A stretch of 64,000 nucleotides of DNA from a bacterium. Its GTDB lineage: Bacteria; Electryoneota; JAOADG01. Position numbers and translations under genes: made by a program. Where the stretch lies: the NCBI GenBank assembly GCA_963681965.1, contig OY820579.1:1696001-1760000 (forward strand), given 5' to 3'. Below the pieces are notes generated by a model, which did not search any database, was not told the DNA's origin, and was given only the letters and a program-made list of their open reading frames with translations. The first letter of the stretch is position 1. Each line of letters begins with the position of its first letter. Below are positions 30,539 to 40,610 of this stretch, in pieces.

Positions 30539-33304
30539 ATGACCGGTAAACGATCCTTTTGGTTATTTCTTCTGCTGGCGTCAATGCTGACGTTCAATGG
30601 ATGTGCATATTACAATTACATCTACAATGCGAAGAAGAATTTTGACAAAGGGGTAAAGACCAAGAGTGCCGCGACAGTGCCACAAGGCGCTGGTCGTGCC
30701 GACTTCGATAAAGTGATCGATGGCTGCGCGACGATGCTGGAATTTTTTCCCGACTCGCGGTGGGTACCCGATGCGTTGCTCTTGATCGGAAAAGCCTATT
30801 ACGAAACCGACCAGTTCAGCAAAGCCGAGCGGAAGTTCGTCGAACTTGAAACCAACTATCCCAACCACCCACTAGTATCCGAAGCACACCTGCAAAAAGC
30901 ACGTTGCTGGCTAGCCTTGAAACGTACCCGAGAAGGTCGCAACTTACTCGCTTCATTACAATCGAATCCCGATCCCGCAGTCAACTATTCAGCCAAATTG
31001 ATCCTTGCCGAAGGGTTGCTCGCCGATTCTCTATTTGGAGAGGCACTCGAGCAGTTTAACAGTTTAAAGGGAAAAGCACCCGACAAAATTCTGGAAACCC
31101 GAAATACCGAAAAGCGGTTGGAATGCTTACTTCGGATCGATAAAAAACTGGATGCAATCGATGCAATCGGCGACCTTCTGAAAATGAAGGAATCGCGTGT
31201 GAAGCAACATGAATTGTTCATGAAACGTGCATCGCTTTGGTCACAAACCGGGCAGCAGAAGACGGCAATTGCCGATCTGGTGAAACTGGAGAAAAATTCC
31301 GACTTTCGGGTGCAACGAAATCGAACAAGAGCCGAATTGAGTATTGCCTATTTCACCGATGGCGATACAACCAAGGCACTTGAAATTTGGGATGATTTGC
31401 TGTCGACCGATAAAATTCATGGCGAAGAAACTTCCATTGCAGGATTATATCGCGGCAAGTTGATCTATTTCTCCGGCGGTATCGATTCCTTGTATAAAGC
31501 CGATTTTGAACGTTCTAAGCGCGATCGACCCGGCTCGATTTATGCTCAACAAGCCGATTCCTTGCTACAACGCATCTCCTGGTTAAAGACGATCGAAACC
31601 AAAAAGAGTACGGCATTAACACAAATCAATTTCCTGAATGATCTCTTGGTCGGTAATCCGGTTCCAGACTCGATTCAACATCGTTATCTAGTAAGGGCAA
31701 ATGGTCGTCCAACTTCCGTTGCCGATACTTCGCATCGATCGGAATCGGATAAGCTTGATAAATCACAAGTCGAAGATTCACAGTCCAAGCCTGATCAACC
31801 AAAAGAAAAAGATAAAGAGACTGAGAAGAACGGTGATGATCAAAAACTAACACTGCACAAATCGATTGCTCCTGATCCGATCAAAAAAGTTGGTGACGCT
31901 GCAAAAGCCGTTCCTGAGAAAATTGCATCGACCACGACGACAAAAGAAGCTTCCGCAATTTCGAGCAAGGGTAAATTGAGTAAAGAATCTGCCGAATCTT
32001 CGAAAGTCGATGCAATTCATGATGAAGTGAAATCCGAATCACCCGATCAATCAATCTCCGCTCAACCGCCTGAAACCGTCGAACGCTCGGAAAGACCGAT
32101 CGAAGCCGATATGAAAGTTGCTGAAGCATCTAAACCGGAAGTAGAACCCATCGATTCGACGAAAACGCTAACGAAAATACAAGATGAGTTGACGAAATCG
32201 GATTTTGAAGATTCGCTGAATATTAAGGCTCTAGGAAGACCCGATTCGACCAGTCGCGATTCCACTTCGATTGCCGATAGTCTAGCCGATGTGGCAGTTC
32301 CATTAGATACCGCAGCGATCAAGTTGGCTCTCGTTGATCAGATTAAGCAGTTGATCAAAGTGTACGATGAAATAAAAGACGATTGCTTCAAACGCAAAGA
32401 TACCACCAATGCATTAAAGATGTATCCGACGATTATGCTTTTGGCAAGCGGTAAAATACTGAGTGCGTATCGTATGGAATATGGTATGCAATTACTTGCC
32501 CGAGGCGATACCACACGCGCTCGAAGTTTGTATACCGCCGTAGCGGCTGATACCGCCAATCTCACGATCGCCAATGCTGCGCGAAAAGAGTTACAGCTCG
32601 CTTTGTTGCCGATACCGGTTGATTCTTTGAAGGAACGGTTTCGCACTGCGGAAATGTTGGTCGATTTGTTGGTCGATACTACTGCCGCGCTGGATGTTTA
32701 TCAATCGATAGCAGAGAACGACTCTGGTGATATTGGATCGCGAGCGACTGCAGCGATTGCGATTTTACAAACTCGCCGACTGGGAATTGATTCCGTTGCG
32801 AAATTGTACGAGAATATGTTTAAGAAATCGCGGGTACAATCCAGCACCCGTTACGCACAGATGATGATTACCGCGATTCAAGACAAAAAACGGCAGGATT
32901 CAATCGCAGCACATGTCGATACGACGAAAGCATTAATCGATTCAACGAACCGAAGCGATTCACTTTCGATCGGTAAAGATAGCAGTAAAGTTGTACCGGA
33001 TTCGTTAAAACTGAATCTACCCGATTCGCTTCGAAACTTGATCGGAGGAGATTCGTTACTCCAATTGCGAAAGATTAAGCTGGAAGTACCCGACTCGACC
33101 AAACAGAATCTTGCCGATACTTTAAAAAAGGCAATCGAAACCGAACCCATCATTCCCAAGACGTTGGTCACTCCGAGGCGGAGTGCAAAGAACGATACTT
33201 TGCGAACACCTGCTCAGGTAATAAAACCGGATAGTGTGGGTAGTGTGGCAAAACCCGACACCACGATAAAACCATCCGATACGACGAAAACCAAAAAAGA
33301 ATAG
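30539..33304 (+). CDS. TPR-repeat lipoprotein with long low-complexity regions rich in D-S/T motifs
   Basis: Lipobox FNGC then AYYNYIYNA; TPR motif FPDSRWVPDALLLIGKAYY. Confidence 0.75.
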   Translation: MTGKRSFWLFLLLASMLTFNGCAYYNYIYNAKKNFDKGVKTKSAATVPQGAGRADFDKVIDGCATMLEFFPDSRWVPDALLLIGKAYYETDQFSKAERKFVELETNYPNHPLVSEAHLQKARCWLALKRTREGRNLLASLQSNPDPAVNYSAKLILAEGLLADSLFGEALEQFNSLKGKAPDKILETRNTEKRLECLLRIDKKLDAIDAIGDLLKMKESRVKQHELFMKRASLWSQTGQQKTAIADLVKLEKNSDFRVQRNRTRAELSIAYFTDGDTTKALEIWDDLLSTDKIHGEETSIAGLYRGKLIYFSGGIDSLYKADFERSKRDRPGSIYAQQADSLLQRISWLKTIETKKSTALTQINFLNDLLVGNPVPDSIQHRYLVRANGRPTSVADTSHRSESDKLDKSQVEDSQSKPDQPKEKDKETEKNGDDQKLTLHKSIAPDPIKKVGDAAKAVPEKIASTTTTKEASAISSKGKLSKESAESSKVDAIHDEVKSESPDQSISAQPPETVERSERPIEADMKVAEASKPEVEPIDSTKTLTKIQDELTKSDFEDSLNIKALGRPDSTSRDSTSIADSLADVAVPLDTAAIKLALVDQIKQLIKVYDEIKDDCFKRKDTTNALKMYPTIMLLASGKILSAYRMEYGMQLLARGDTTRARSLYTAVAADTANLTIANAARKELQLALLPIPVDSLKERFRTAEMLVDLLVDTTAALDVYQSIAENDSGDIGSRATAAIAILQTRRLGIDSVAKLYENMFKKSRVQSSTRYAQMMITAIQDKKRQDSIAAHVDTTKALIDSTNRSDSLSIGKDSSKVVPDSLKLNLPDSLRNLIGGDSLLQLRKIKLEVPDSTKQNLADTLKKAIETEPIIPKTLVTPRRSAKNDTLRTPAQVIKPDSVGSVAKPDTTIKPSDTTKTKKE

Positions 33305-33313
33305 GAGTGCTGT

Positions 33314-34123
33314 TTGAAGTATTTGGAGATCGGAACTATCACTCATCGGGAGAAGATCCATAGCGATCTTTTTCAACTCCACTTTCACTCACCAGCTATT
33401 GCACGAGATTCCCAACCCGGACAATTTCTTCATATCCGAGTAGGAAACGGTATTGATCCACTTCTTCGTCGTCCGGTTTCAATTCAACGGGTTTTTGACG
33501 ACACCATTGAAATACTCATAAAAGTATACGGTCGCGGCAGCGACAAGCTCTGTGCGCTGACTGTCGGGGATCAGATCGATTGCCTCGGTCCTGTCGGTTC
33601 GACTTGGAAGACACCCGAGGGACATACTTCGGTTGTGGGGGTATCTGGTGGCGTTGGAATAGCACCTATCATTTTCCAACAAGACCGGTGGAGCTCGACA
33701 ATTCCGTACTATCATTTATTGGGTAGCCGCAGTAAAGCGGATCTGCCGATTTCCGATGAATTGATGACACGATATCAACCGGATATCGCAACGGACGATG
33801 GTTCTTCAGGTTTTCATGGAAATGTAGTGTCTTTAGTAGATAAACGATTCTGTGAAGGTGGGTTGGGTTCAAATCCGTTTTTTATTACTTGTGGACCGTG
33901 GATCATGATGAAAGCACTGCGCGATTGGTTGCGTTCGCATCATCTGCGGGGTCAATTTTCCGCCGAAGCGCGGATGGGCTGTGCGGTAGGTGTCTGTCAA
34001 GGGTGTGCGGTAGCGAAACCGATGAAAGACAATGCCGCTCGCGAATACTATTTGTGTTGTAAAGATGGTCCGATTTTCGATTTCGAAGCAATCGACATGG
34101 AGGTAAGTCCCTTTGGCTATTGA
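33314..34123 (+). CDS. pyrK: Dihydroorotate dehydrogenase electron transfer subunit
   Basis: PGQF, LRRPVS, GGVGIAP, MGCAVGVCQGC, CKDGPIF. Confidence 0.9.
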   Translation: MKYLEIGTITHREKIHSDLFQLHFHSPAIARDSQPGQFLHIRVGNGIDPLLRRPVSIQRVFDDTIEILIKVYGRGSDKLCALTVGDQIDCLGPVGSTWKTPEGHTSVVGVSGGVGIAPIIFQQDRWSSTIPYYHLLGSRSKADLPISDELMTRYQPDIATDDGSSGFHGNVVSLVDKRFCEGGLGSNPFFITCGPWIMMKALRDWLRSHHLRGQFSAEARMGCAVGVCQGCAVAKPMKDNAAREYYLCCKDGPIFDFEAIDMEVSPFGY

Positions 34124-35063
34124 TTTGAAATGTCGATTAGGCAAGCTGGAACTCAACTCGCCACTGATTGCGGCATCCGGATGTTTCGGCTATGGTACGG
34201 AATATTCCGAATTGACTCCGATCCACAAATTGGGCGGTGTTGTTACGAAAACGATCACCCCGCACCCACGCCCGGGAAATCCATTGCCGCGGATCTGGGA
34301 AACTGCGACTGGTGGAATGATTAATAGTATCGGTCTGGCGAATGTCGGGATCGATCGTTATGTAATTGAGAAATTGCCCGAACTTAGGAATTATCCGAGT
34401 AAAGTTATCGTATCGGTTGCTGGAAATTCGGTAGCAGAGTATGCCGAGATGGTCGCGAAGATGGAGGCGCATTCGGAATGGCATGCTTTGGAGATCAATA
34501 TTTCCTGTCCGAATGTGAAAGAAGGTGGCATCAGTTTTGGGGTCGATCCTAAGATGACTGAAGCCGCGGTGAAAGCCTGTCGACGTGAGACGAAGCGACC
34601 GATGATTGTTAAATTGACACCGATGGCAACGTCACTGGCATCCATCGGAAAAGTTTGTGAAGATTGCGGTGCCGATGCATTGTCGCTCGTGAATACTTAT
34701 GTCGGATTGGCGATTGACATCGAACGTAAACGCCCGCGAATTGCAACGGTCACCGGCGGATATAGTGGACCGCCGATCAAACCGATGGCTTTGGCGCGTG
34801 TGTGGGAAGTATACAAAGCCGTCAACATTCCACTCATTGGGATGGGTGGAATCTGTTCGGCGGAAGATGTAATCGAATTCTTTCTCGCTGGTGCCTCGGC
34901 GGTACAAATTGGCACGATGTTTTATGTCGATCCGGCAATTCCCGACAAGATTCTACTGGGAATGGAACAGTATTGCGATCGACATGGTATAAAACACTTG
35001 TCCGAATTAACAGGACAACTCGATCCTACACTTAAGAAATCGACTGAAACAAAATGCGGCTGA
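34113..35063 (+). CDS. pyrD: Dihydroorotate dehydrogenase, family 1B catalytic subunit
   Basis: ASGCFGYG, EINISCPN, GGYSGPPIKP, IGMGGI. Confidence 0.93.
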   Translation: MAIDLKCRLGKLELNSPLIAASGCFGYGTEYSELTPIHKLGGVVTKTITPHPRPGNPLPRIWETATGGMINSIGLANVGIDRYVIEKLPELRNYPSKVIVSVAGNSVAEYAEMVAKMEAHSEWHALEINISCPNVKEGGISFGVDPKMTEAAVKACRRETKRPMIVKLTPMATSLASIGKVCEDCGADALSLVNTYVGLAIDIERKRPRIATVTGGYSGPPIKPMALARVWEVYKAVNIPLIGMGGICSAEDVIEFFLAGASAVQIGTMFYVDPAIPDKILLGMEQYCDRHGIKHLSELTGQLDPTLKKSTETKCG

Positions 35064-35506
35064 TTACCAGCATCACAGTTTTTTCATTTCTACTGATCAG
35101 CTTGGTGCTGACCGGATGCACTGCCGGTCCGCGGTATGGCACGAAAGCGCGGTACGACGTAAAGCAACATGCCGAAGTGACCATTCCTGAAGTCGGGATG
35201 GTATTCGAGGGTACGGCATCGTTTTACGGAAAAGAATTTGGCGGCAGGAAGACTGCCAATGGAGAAATTTTCGATCCGAACGGTATTTCTGCCGCGCATC
35301 GAAACTTTCCATTCGGCACGATGCTGGAAGTGACATCGAAAGAAACCGGCAAATCGGTAATGGTGAAAATTAACGATCGCGGTCCATTTACCGATTGTAT
35401 TATCGATTTATCGTTCGGTGCAGCAAAAAAAATTGGTATGGTTCATAATATTCCGGTTCGGATTCGCGTTGTTTCGGTCGGAACTGTGGAAAATAACTCC
35501 CATTAA
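35054..35506 (+). CDS. rlpA: RlpA-family lytic transglycosylase lipoprotein (DPBB domain only)
   Basis: Lipobox LTGC; GTASFYG, TANGE, AAHR, INDRGPF, IIDLS. Confidence 0.88.
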   Translation: MRLITSITVFSFLLISLVLTGCTAGPRYGTKARYDVKQHAEVTIPEVGMVFEGTASFYGKEFGGRKTANGEIFDPNGISAAHRNFPFGTMLEVTSKETGKSVMVKINDRGPFTDCIIDLSFGAAKKIGMVHNIPVRIRVVSVGTVENNSH

Positions 35507-35517
35507 AAAAGATTACT

Positions 35518-36381
35518 ATGCCAGAAATCGTAATAATCAGTTCCGAGAAGCAATCGCGTAAACGCGTTGTGATTCGAAGAGTACTCGTTGCAGTATGGGG
35601 AATACCGTTACTGACAATACCGGTTTTGCTGGGTCAATGGTATTTTGCCACACTCATTGCCGTGATTGCAGCATTGGCTGTGTTCGAGTATCTAACGATG
35701 TTGCGAGCGATGGGAGCACCCGTTATTCGAACTTCGGCGGCAGTCGCGGCAGCAGCAGTCGTTCTGATGACTACTTACGATCAGCGACTGGGTTTTGATT
35801 TATTTTTGATTGTCAGCCTCTTTTTGGCGATTCGCTCGCTTCAAGGTGGCGATAAAGCGATGGCGCTTCGGGTCACCGGTACACTCGGTGGATTTCTATA
35901 TATCGCGGGATTTCTCTCTTTACTGGCGCTGTTGCGGAGTCGCATCTTAGTCGAGGATGGGTTGTGGGGCGGCATCTTCATACTATACTTGCTTTCGTCG
36001 ATTTGGCTCTGCGATACTTTCGCTTACTTCGGAGGGATGCGATTCGGTAAACACAAACTTGCTTCGAAAATATCCCCAAAGAAGACGATCGAAGGTTCGG
36101 TATTCGGAGTGATTGGGTCGCTGCTTTGGTCGCTTCTGGGCATTCAAGTATTGGGTGATAAACTTCCGTGGCAGTTTTTAGTATTGACGGCACTGGCTGC
36201 TGGAACAGTCGGTCAAGTAGGTGATTTAATCGAATCGATGGTTAAGCGCGATGCCGGTGTAAAAGATTCCGGTCGATTATTACCGGAACACGGTGGCATC
36301 TTCGATCGATTTGACAGTTTGATCCTTACGACACCAGCGGTGTACCTGCTAGCCGATTGGTTTGGGTTGTTGAACAAGTAG
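35518..36381 (+). CDS. cdsA: Phosphatidate cytidylyltransferase
   Basis: DTFAYFGG, ISPKKTIEG, GDLIESMVKRDAGVKDSG, HGGIFDRFDS. Confidence 0.95.
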   Translation: MPEIVIISSEKQSRKRVVIRRVLVAVWGIPLLTIPVLLGQWYFATLIAVIAALAVFEYLTMLRAMGAPVIRTSAAVAAAAVVLMTTYDQRLGFDLFLIVSLFLAIRSLQGGDKAMALRVTGTLGGFLYIAGFLSLLALLRSRILVEDGLWGGIFILYLLSSIWLCDTFAYFGGMRFGKHKLASKISPKKTIEGSVFGVIGSLLWSLLGIQVLGDKLPWQFLVLTALAAGTVGQVGDLIESMVKRDAGVKDSGRLLPEHGGIFDRFDSLILTTPAVYLLADWFGLLNK

Positions 36382-36415
36382 CTTAAACAGTTCTTCCAAT
36401 TAGAGAGTGTCCGAG

Positions 36416-38305
36416 ATGTCTGAACGTCGCGTTGTAATTGGTACTGCCGGTCATATCGATCATGGCAAATCGACTCTCGTCAGAGCGCTGACTGGAATCG
36501 ATCCCGATCGTTTGCCGGAAGAACAAGAACGCGGCATGACGATCGATATCGGATTTGCGTTCTGGAAGTATGGCATCGCCTTCATCGATGTCCCGGGTCA
36601 CGAGCGGTTTATTAAAAATATGGTTGCCGGAGTCACCGGGATTGATGCAGCATTATTAGTAGTTGCCGCCGACGATGGCGTGATGCCCCAGACAATCGAG
36701 CACTATACTATCTTGAATCTGCTGGGAATTACGCGCGGTGTTGTCGCGATCACTAAATCCGATAGTAAGGATGCCGACTGGATTGCGATGATTGAAGACG
36801 ACGTCAGAAAATTACTTGCGTCGGGTAGTTTGAAAAATGCCCAAATCATTATCGTCGATTCAATAAGTGGTACTGGACTGAATGAGCTTTCGGAAGCGCT
36901 GATTCAGTTAGCTGCTACCATTCCGGCTCATGAGTTGGATGCACCGGCGTTATTGTCGATTGACCGTGTTTTTGTCAAGACCGGATTTGGTGTCGTGATA
37001 ACGGGTACGGTCGCCTCCGGACAAATTAAAGTCGGCGATGAACTTCAGCTGTTGCCCCAGAATATTCCCGTGCGAATTCGCGGTATTCAATCGCAAAATG
37101 AAGCACGTGAGAGTGTGGTCGCCGGGGAGCGGGCGGCGTTGAATCTTGCTGGAATCGACCGTCAAGAAGTTTTACGCGGGAATCGTCTTTGTCAGCCGGG
37201 TGTCTTTTCGGTTACTAGTGCATTTGATGTGTTACTGGAGGCTTGTACCGACCATCCGATCCGCCATCGTTCCCGAGTACGGATGCATATTGGCACGACT
37301 GAGGCAATCGGTCGGATCGATCTGCTCGAAGCCGCAACATTATCGATCGGAGAGTCGCCACGGTTTGCCCGTTTCCAATCGGAGGAACCGATTATTGCCG
37401 CTTTCCGCGAGCGCTTTGTGATACGCCGGTACTCGCCGATGGAAACAGTCGGCGGTGGAATTGTATTAAATCCAATGCCATTGACTCGGTTGCGACACGA
37501 GACAAATTTCGAACGCTTATCGGCACTGTTATCCGATTCCGGAGAAGATCGTTTGATTGCCGCGATCAGCGAAACTGAACCGAAAGCCGCCACAATATCA
37601 CGATTGGCGATTGCGTTGTCGAAGAAGCCCGTAGCTATCGAAGCGATGCTTCGCACGCAAATACTATCCGATAAAGTGCTGTCAAAATCGAGCGGCACGA
37701 TCACCAAACCGTATGCTCAACGGATCAGTGACGAAATGATCAAGACTGTTCGGACGTTCCATTCGACCAATCCCGACCGTGTGGGAATACCCCAGGGATC
37801 ATTACTGGAACCCTATCCCACCAAGATCGGTTCATCGCTATCCGAGACCATTTTTCAAGCATTACTTGACCAACAGATACTATCAATTGAACGAGGTACT
37901 GTTCGCCTGACATCTCACCAACCGCGAGTTAACTCCAAGGATCAGGAACGGATCAGTCTATTTATTAATGCTCTTCGAGCACATGGATTGACACCGCCGA
38001 TGCCGAATTTGCTCGCGACCGAGCTTAAAATCCTCGAAAAGGAGTTATTCCGATATGCGGATTTATTGCGTGAGCAGGGCGAAATCGTTGTATTGGAAGG
38101 TCGCTATTGGATATTGACCGATTCATTCAAAGTTGCTGAAGATCAAATTCGCGGATTATTGATGAATCAACCGACAGCATCATTAGGCGAGATAGCGACA
38201 GTCCTTGGAGTTAGTCGGAAGTACGCAGTGGCATTACTCGAGGAGTTGGATAAGCGCGGTGTCACTGAACGAATCGGCGATTCACGACAATTGAAATCGC
38301 GATGA
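36416..38305 (+). CDS. selB: Selenocysteine-specific elongation factor
   Basis: [41 protein letters not shown]; C-terminal winged-helix [13 protein letters not shown]. Confidence 0.92.
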   Translation: MSERRVVIGTAGHIDHGKSTLVRALTGIDPDRLPEEQERGMTIDIGFAFWKYGIAFIDVPGHERFIKNMVAGVTGIDAALLVVAADDGVMPQTIEHYTILNLLGITRGVVAITKSDSKDADWIAMIEDDVRKLLASGSLKNAQIIIVDSISGTGLNELSEALIQLAATIPAHELDAPALLSIDRVFVKTGFGVVITGTVASGQIKVGDELQLLPQNIPVRIRGIQSQNEARESVVAGERAALNLAGIDRQEVLRGNRLCQPGVFSVTSAFDVLLEACTDHPIRHRSRVRMHIGTTEAIGRIDLLEAATLSIGESPRFARFQSEEPIIAAFRERFVIRRYSPMETVGGGIVLNPMPLTRLRHETNFERLSALLSDSGEDRLIAAISETEPKAATISRLAIALSKKPVAIEAMLRTQILSDKVLSKSSGTITKPYAQRISDEMIKTVRTFHSTNPDRVGIPQGSLLEPYPTKIGSSLSETIFQALLDQQILSIERGTVRLTSHQPRVNSKDQERISLFINALRAHGLTPPMPNLLATELKILEKELFRYADLLREQGEIVVLEGRYWILTDSFKVAEDQIRGLLMNQPTASLGEIATVLGVSRKYAVALLEELDKRGVTERIGDSRQLKSR

Positions 38306-38988
38306 ACAAGATCCTGCAAGTTGCGCTGCTGCACACTGGCAATTTCTTCTTTCCCCGAACCTGTTATGTGTGTGGCGAGCGTATTTTAACCGGATGGAGC
38401 TGTCCGGAATGCATACACACATTACCAGCCGGTATACGTTTCGATGCGACAATTTTACCCCCGTTGCAGCGTGTGGCTGCGATTTGGCGCTATGAGAATG
38501 CCGTCCGAGCTGCAATCGACGACTGGAAATTCAATCAACTAGCTCCGCTAGGCGAACAGTTGATTCATTCGGCACTCAAATATGAATGGTTGCAGGAATG
38601 GTTTTCTGAACCCTTTGATGTGATTATCGGAATACCACCTCATCGGCATCACCTCCGAATGCGAGGGTTCGATCCGGTACAACAGATCGTCCGAAATTTG
38701 TCGACGCTATGGAATACACCCAATTCCAATGCGCTAGTACGTGCTAGATCGGTCAATCCGCAAATCGAATCAACCCGGAAGCAACGTCAGCACAATGTTC
38801 TCGGGGCATTTCGGGTAAATAAACCGGTTACAGGATCGGTGTTGTTGGTAGACGATGTGATTACAACCGGGAGTACGCTTCGTGAAGCCGCGAAGACATT
38901 ATTGGGAAGTGGCGCTGACCGGGTTTCGGGATTTATTCTTGCGAGTGCTGGAAGTAGCATTATTATTCAGGATATCGAGTCCAATTGA
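38302..38988 (+). CDS. ComF-family protein (zinc ribbon plus PRTase-like domain)
   Basis: CYVC...CPEC, RGFDP, LLVDDVITTGSTL. Confidence 0.88.
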   Translation: MNKILQVALLHTGNFFFPRTCYVCGERILTGWSCPECIHTLPAGIRFDATILPPLQRVAAIWRYENAVRAAIDDWKFNQLAPLGEQLIHSALKYEWLQEWFSEPFDVIIGIPPHRHHLRMRGFDPVQQIVRNLSTLWNTPNSNALVRARSVNPQIESTRKQRQHNVLGAFRVNKPVTGSVLLVDDVITTGSTLREAAKTLLGSGADRVSGFILASAGSSIIIQDIESN

Positions 38989-39211
38989 TCGATTAAAACT
39001 GTTGGGGTGTGACACACTTCTTCGAATTAGTTAATTGGAGTAAAAGTAGAGAATTTCATTTTCATCCACTCTGCGAAATATTCTAGGAGGAGCACTCCAA
39101 ATCGGCAAGTTTAGAAATTTCCCTTAGTTGTAATGTCGAAACAATTTTCACAACCTCTTTCGTTCCGTTTTCACTGCTTTCATTATATATTCTTCTTTTT
39201 CCGGTGGACTC

Positions 39212-40606
39212 ATGAACGACGATCGATTTCACGAAGAATGCGCAGTTTTCGGTGTTTACGGTCATCCGCGCGCAGCCGACTTAACCTACCTTGGCTTATA
39301 TGCCTTACAGCATCGGGGTCAGGAGGCAAGTGGTATTGTCTCAAATGACAATGGCTCATTTTACCTCCACCGCGATTGCGGTCTCGTTGCCGATGTATTC
39401 CGACCGCCAGCGCTCGACAAATTGACGGGTGATTGCGCAGTTGGACACAACCGGTATTCGACAACCGGTGCTTCGACTGTGACAAATATCCAACCCCTGT
39501 TTTCGGTGGGTCGAGATGGACCGATCTGTGTGGCGCACAACGGCAATTTGGTGAATGCAAGAGAATTGCGACGCGAATTAATGGAAACAGGAGCACTGTT
39601 TCAAACAACGACCGATACCGAAGTTGTCCTTCACCTGTTGGCTCGCACGACCGGGGAATGGGTTGACCGGATGAAAGAAGTGTCCGCTCGGTTGTCAGGT
39701 GCTTACACATTAATCATGATGAATCGCGACGAATTGATCGGCGTTCGCGATCCCAACGGCATTCGACCATTAGTGATCGGTAAATTCGAAGGTGCGTGGT
39801 TACTCTCCTCGGAAACCTGTGCATTCGATTTAATCGGAGCTGAGTTCGTTCGCGACGTCGAACCGGGAGAACTGATCGTAATCGATCGCAATGGATTACA
39901 TGCCGTCAAATACGCCCATGTCAAAGCAGCGCCGTGTATTTTTGAATTGATTTATTTTTCCCGTCCCGATAGTCTTTTTTACGGGGAAAGTATCGACCGT
40001 ACTCGACGCGCGATGGGTAAACAACTGGCAATCGAGAGCCCGGTCGATGCCGATTTCGTGATCTCGGTGCCAGACTCATCCAATGCTGCAGCGTTAGGTT
40101 TTGCCGAAGCGCTCGGAATTCCGTACGAACACGGCTTGATTCGCAATCACTATGTTGGTCGTACTTTCATCAGTCCATCAACAGAACAACGGCGTGCCGG
40201 AGTTCGAATTAAATTCAATCCCGTCTCGAGTGTACTGCAGGGTAAACGAATCGTGGTGGTCGAGGATAGCATCGTGCGCGGGACAACGTTAAAGCAATTG
40301 ACATCGTTATTGCGATCGGCTGGAGCGGAACAGATCCATATCCGTGTCGCCAGTCCCCCGATTTTTTATCCCTGTCCCTTTGGAATGGATTTCCCGACTA
40401 GAAAAGAACTGATTGCTAACAGTTATTCCCCACCCCAACTAGGAAAATGGATTGAAGCCGATTCACTGCATTATTTGAGTTATAATGGGATGCTCCAAGC
40501 GGCACCGAATCGGAATGGTGGATATTGTTCGGCATGTTTCAGCGGTGAGTATCCTGTGCCATTACCACCCGAGTATGGTGGCAAATTGGCTCTGGAAGAG
40601 AATTAA
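39212..40606 (+). CDS. purF: Amidophosphoribosyltransferase
   Basis: Propeptide EECAVFG, LQHRGQE, GHNRYST, VEDSIVRGTT, Fe-S cysteines. Confidence 0.96.
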   Translation: MNDDRFHEECAVFGVYGHPRAADLTYLGLYALQHRGQEASGIVSNDNGSFYLHRDCGLVADVFRPPALDKLTGDCAVGHNRYSTTGASTVTNIQPLFSVGRDGPICVAHNGNLVNARELRRELMETGALFQTTTDTEVVLHLLARTTGEWVDRMKEVSARLSGAYTLIMMNRDELIGVRDPNGIRPLVIGKFEGAWLLSSETCAFDLIGAEFVRDVEPGELIVIDRNGLHAVKYAHVKAAPCIFELIYFSRPDSLFYGESIDRTRRAMGKQLAIESPVDADFVISVPDSSNAAALGFAEALGIPYEHGLIRNHYVGRTFISPSTEQRRAGVRIKFNPVSSVLQGKRIVVVEDSIVRGTTLKQLTSLLRSAGAEQIHIRVASPPIFYPCPFGMDFPTRKELIANSYSPPQLGKWIEADSLHYLSYNGMLQAAPNRNGGYCSACFSGEYPVPLPPEYGGKLALEEN

Positions 40607-40610
40607 TCCG

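Noticed and set aside
38989-39211. Purine, ZTP or PRPP riboswitch upstream of purF
   Set aside because: AT-rich spacer lacking the conserved cores
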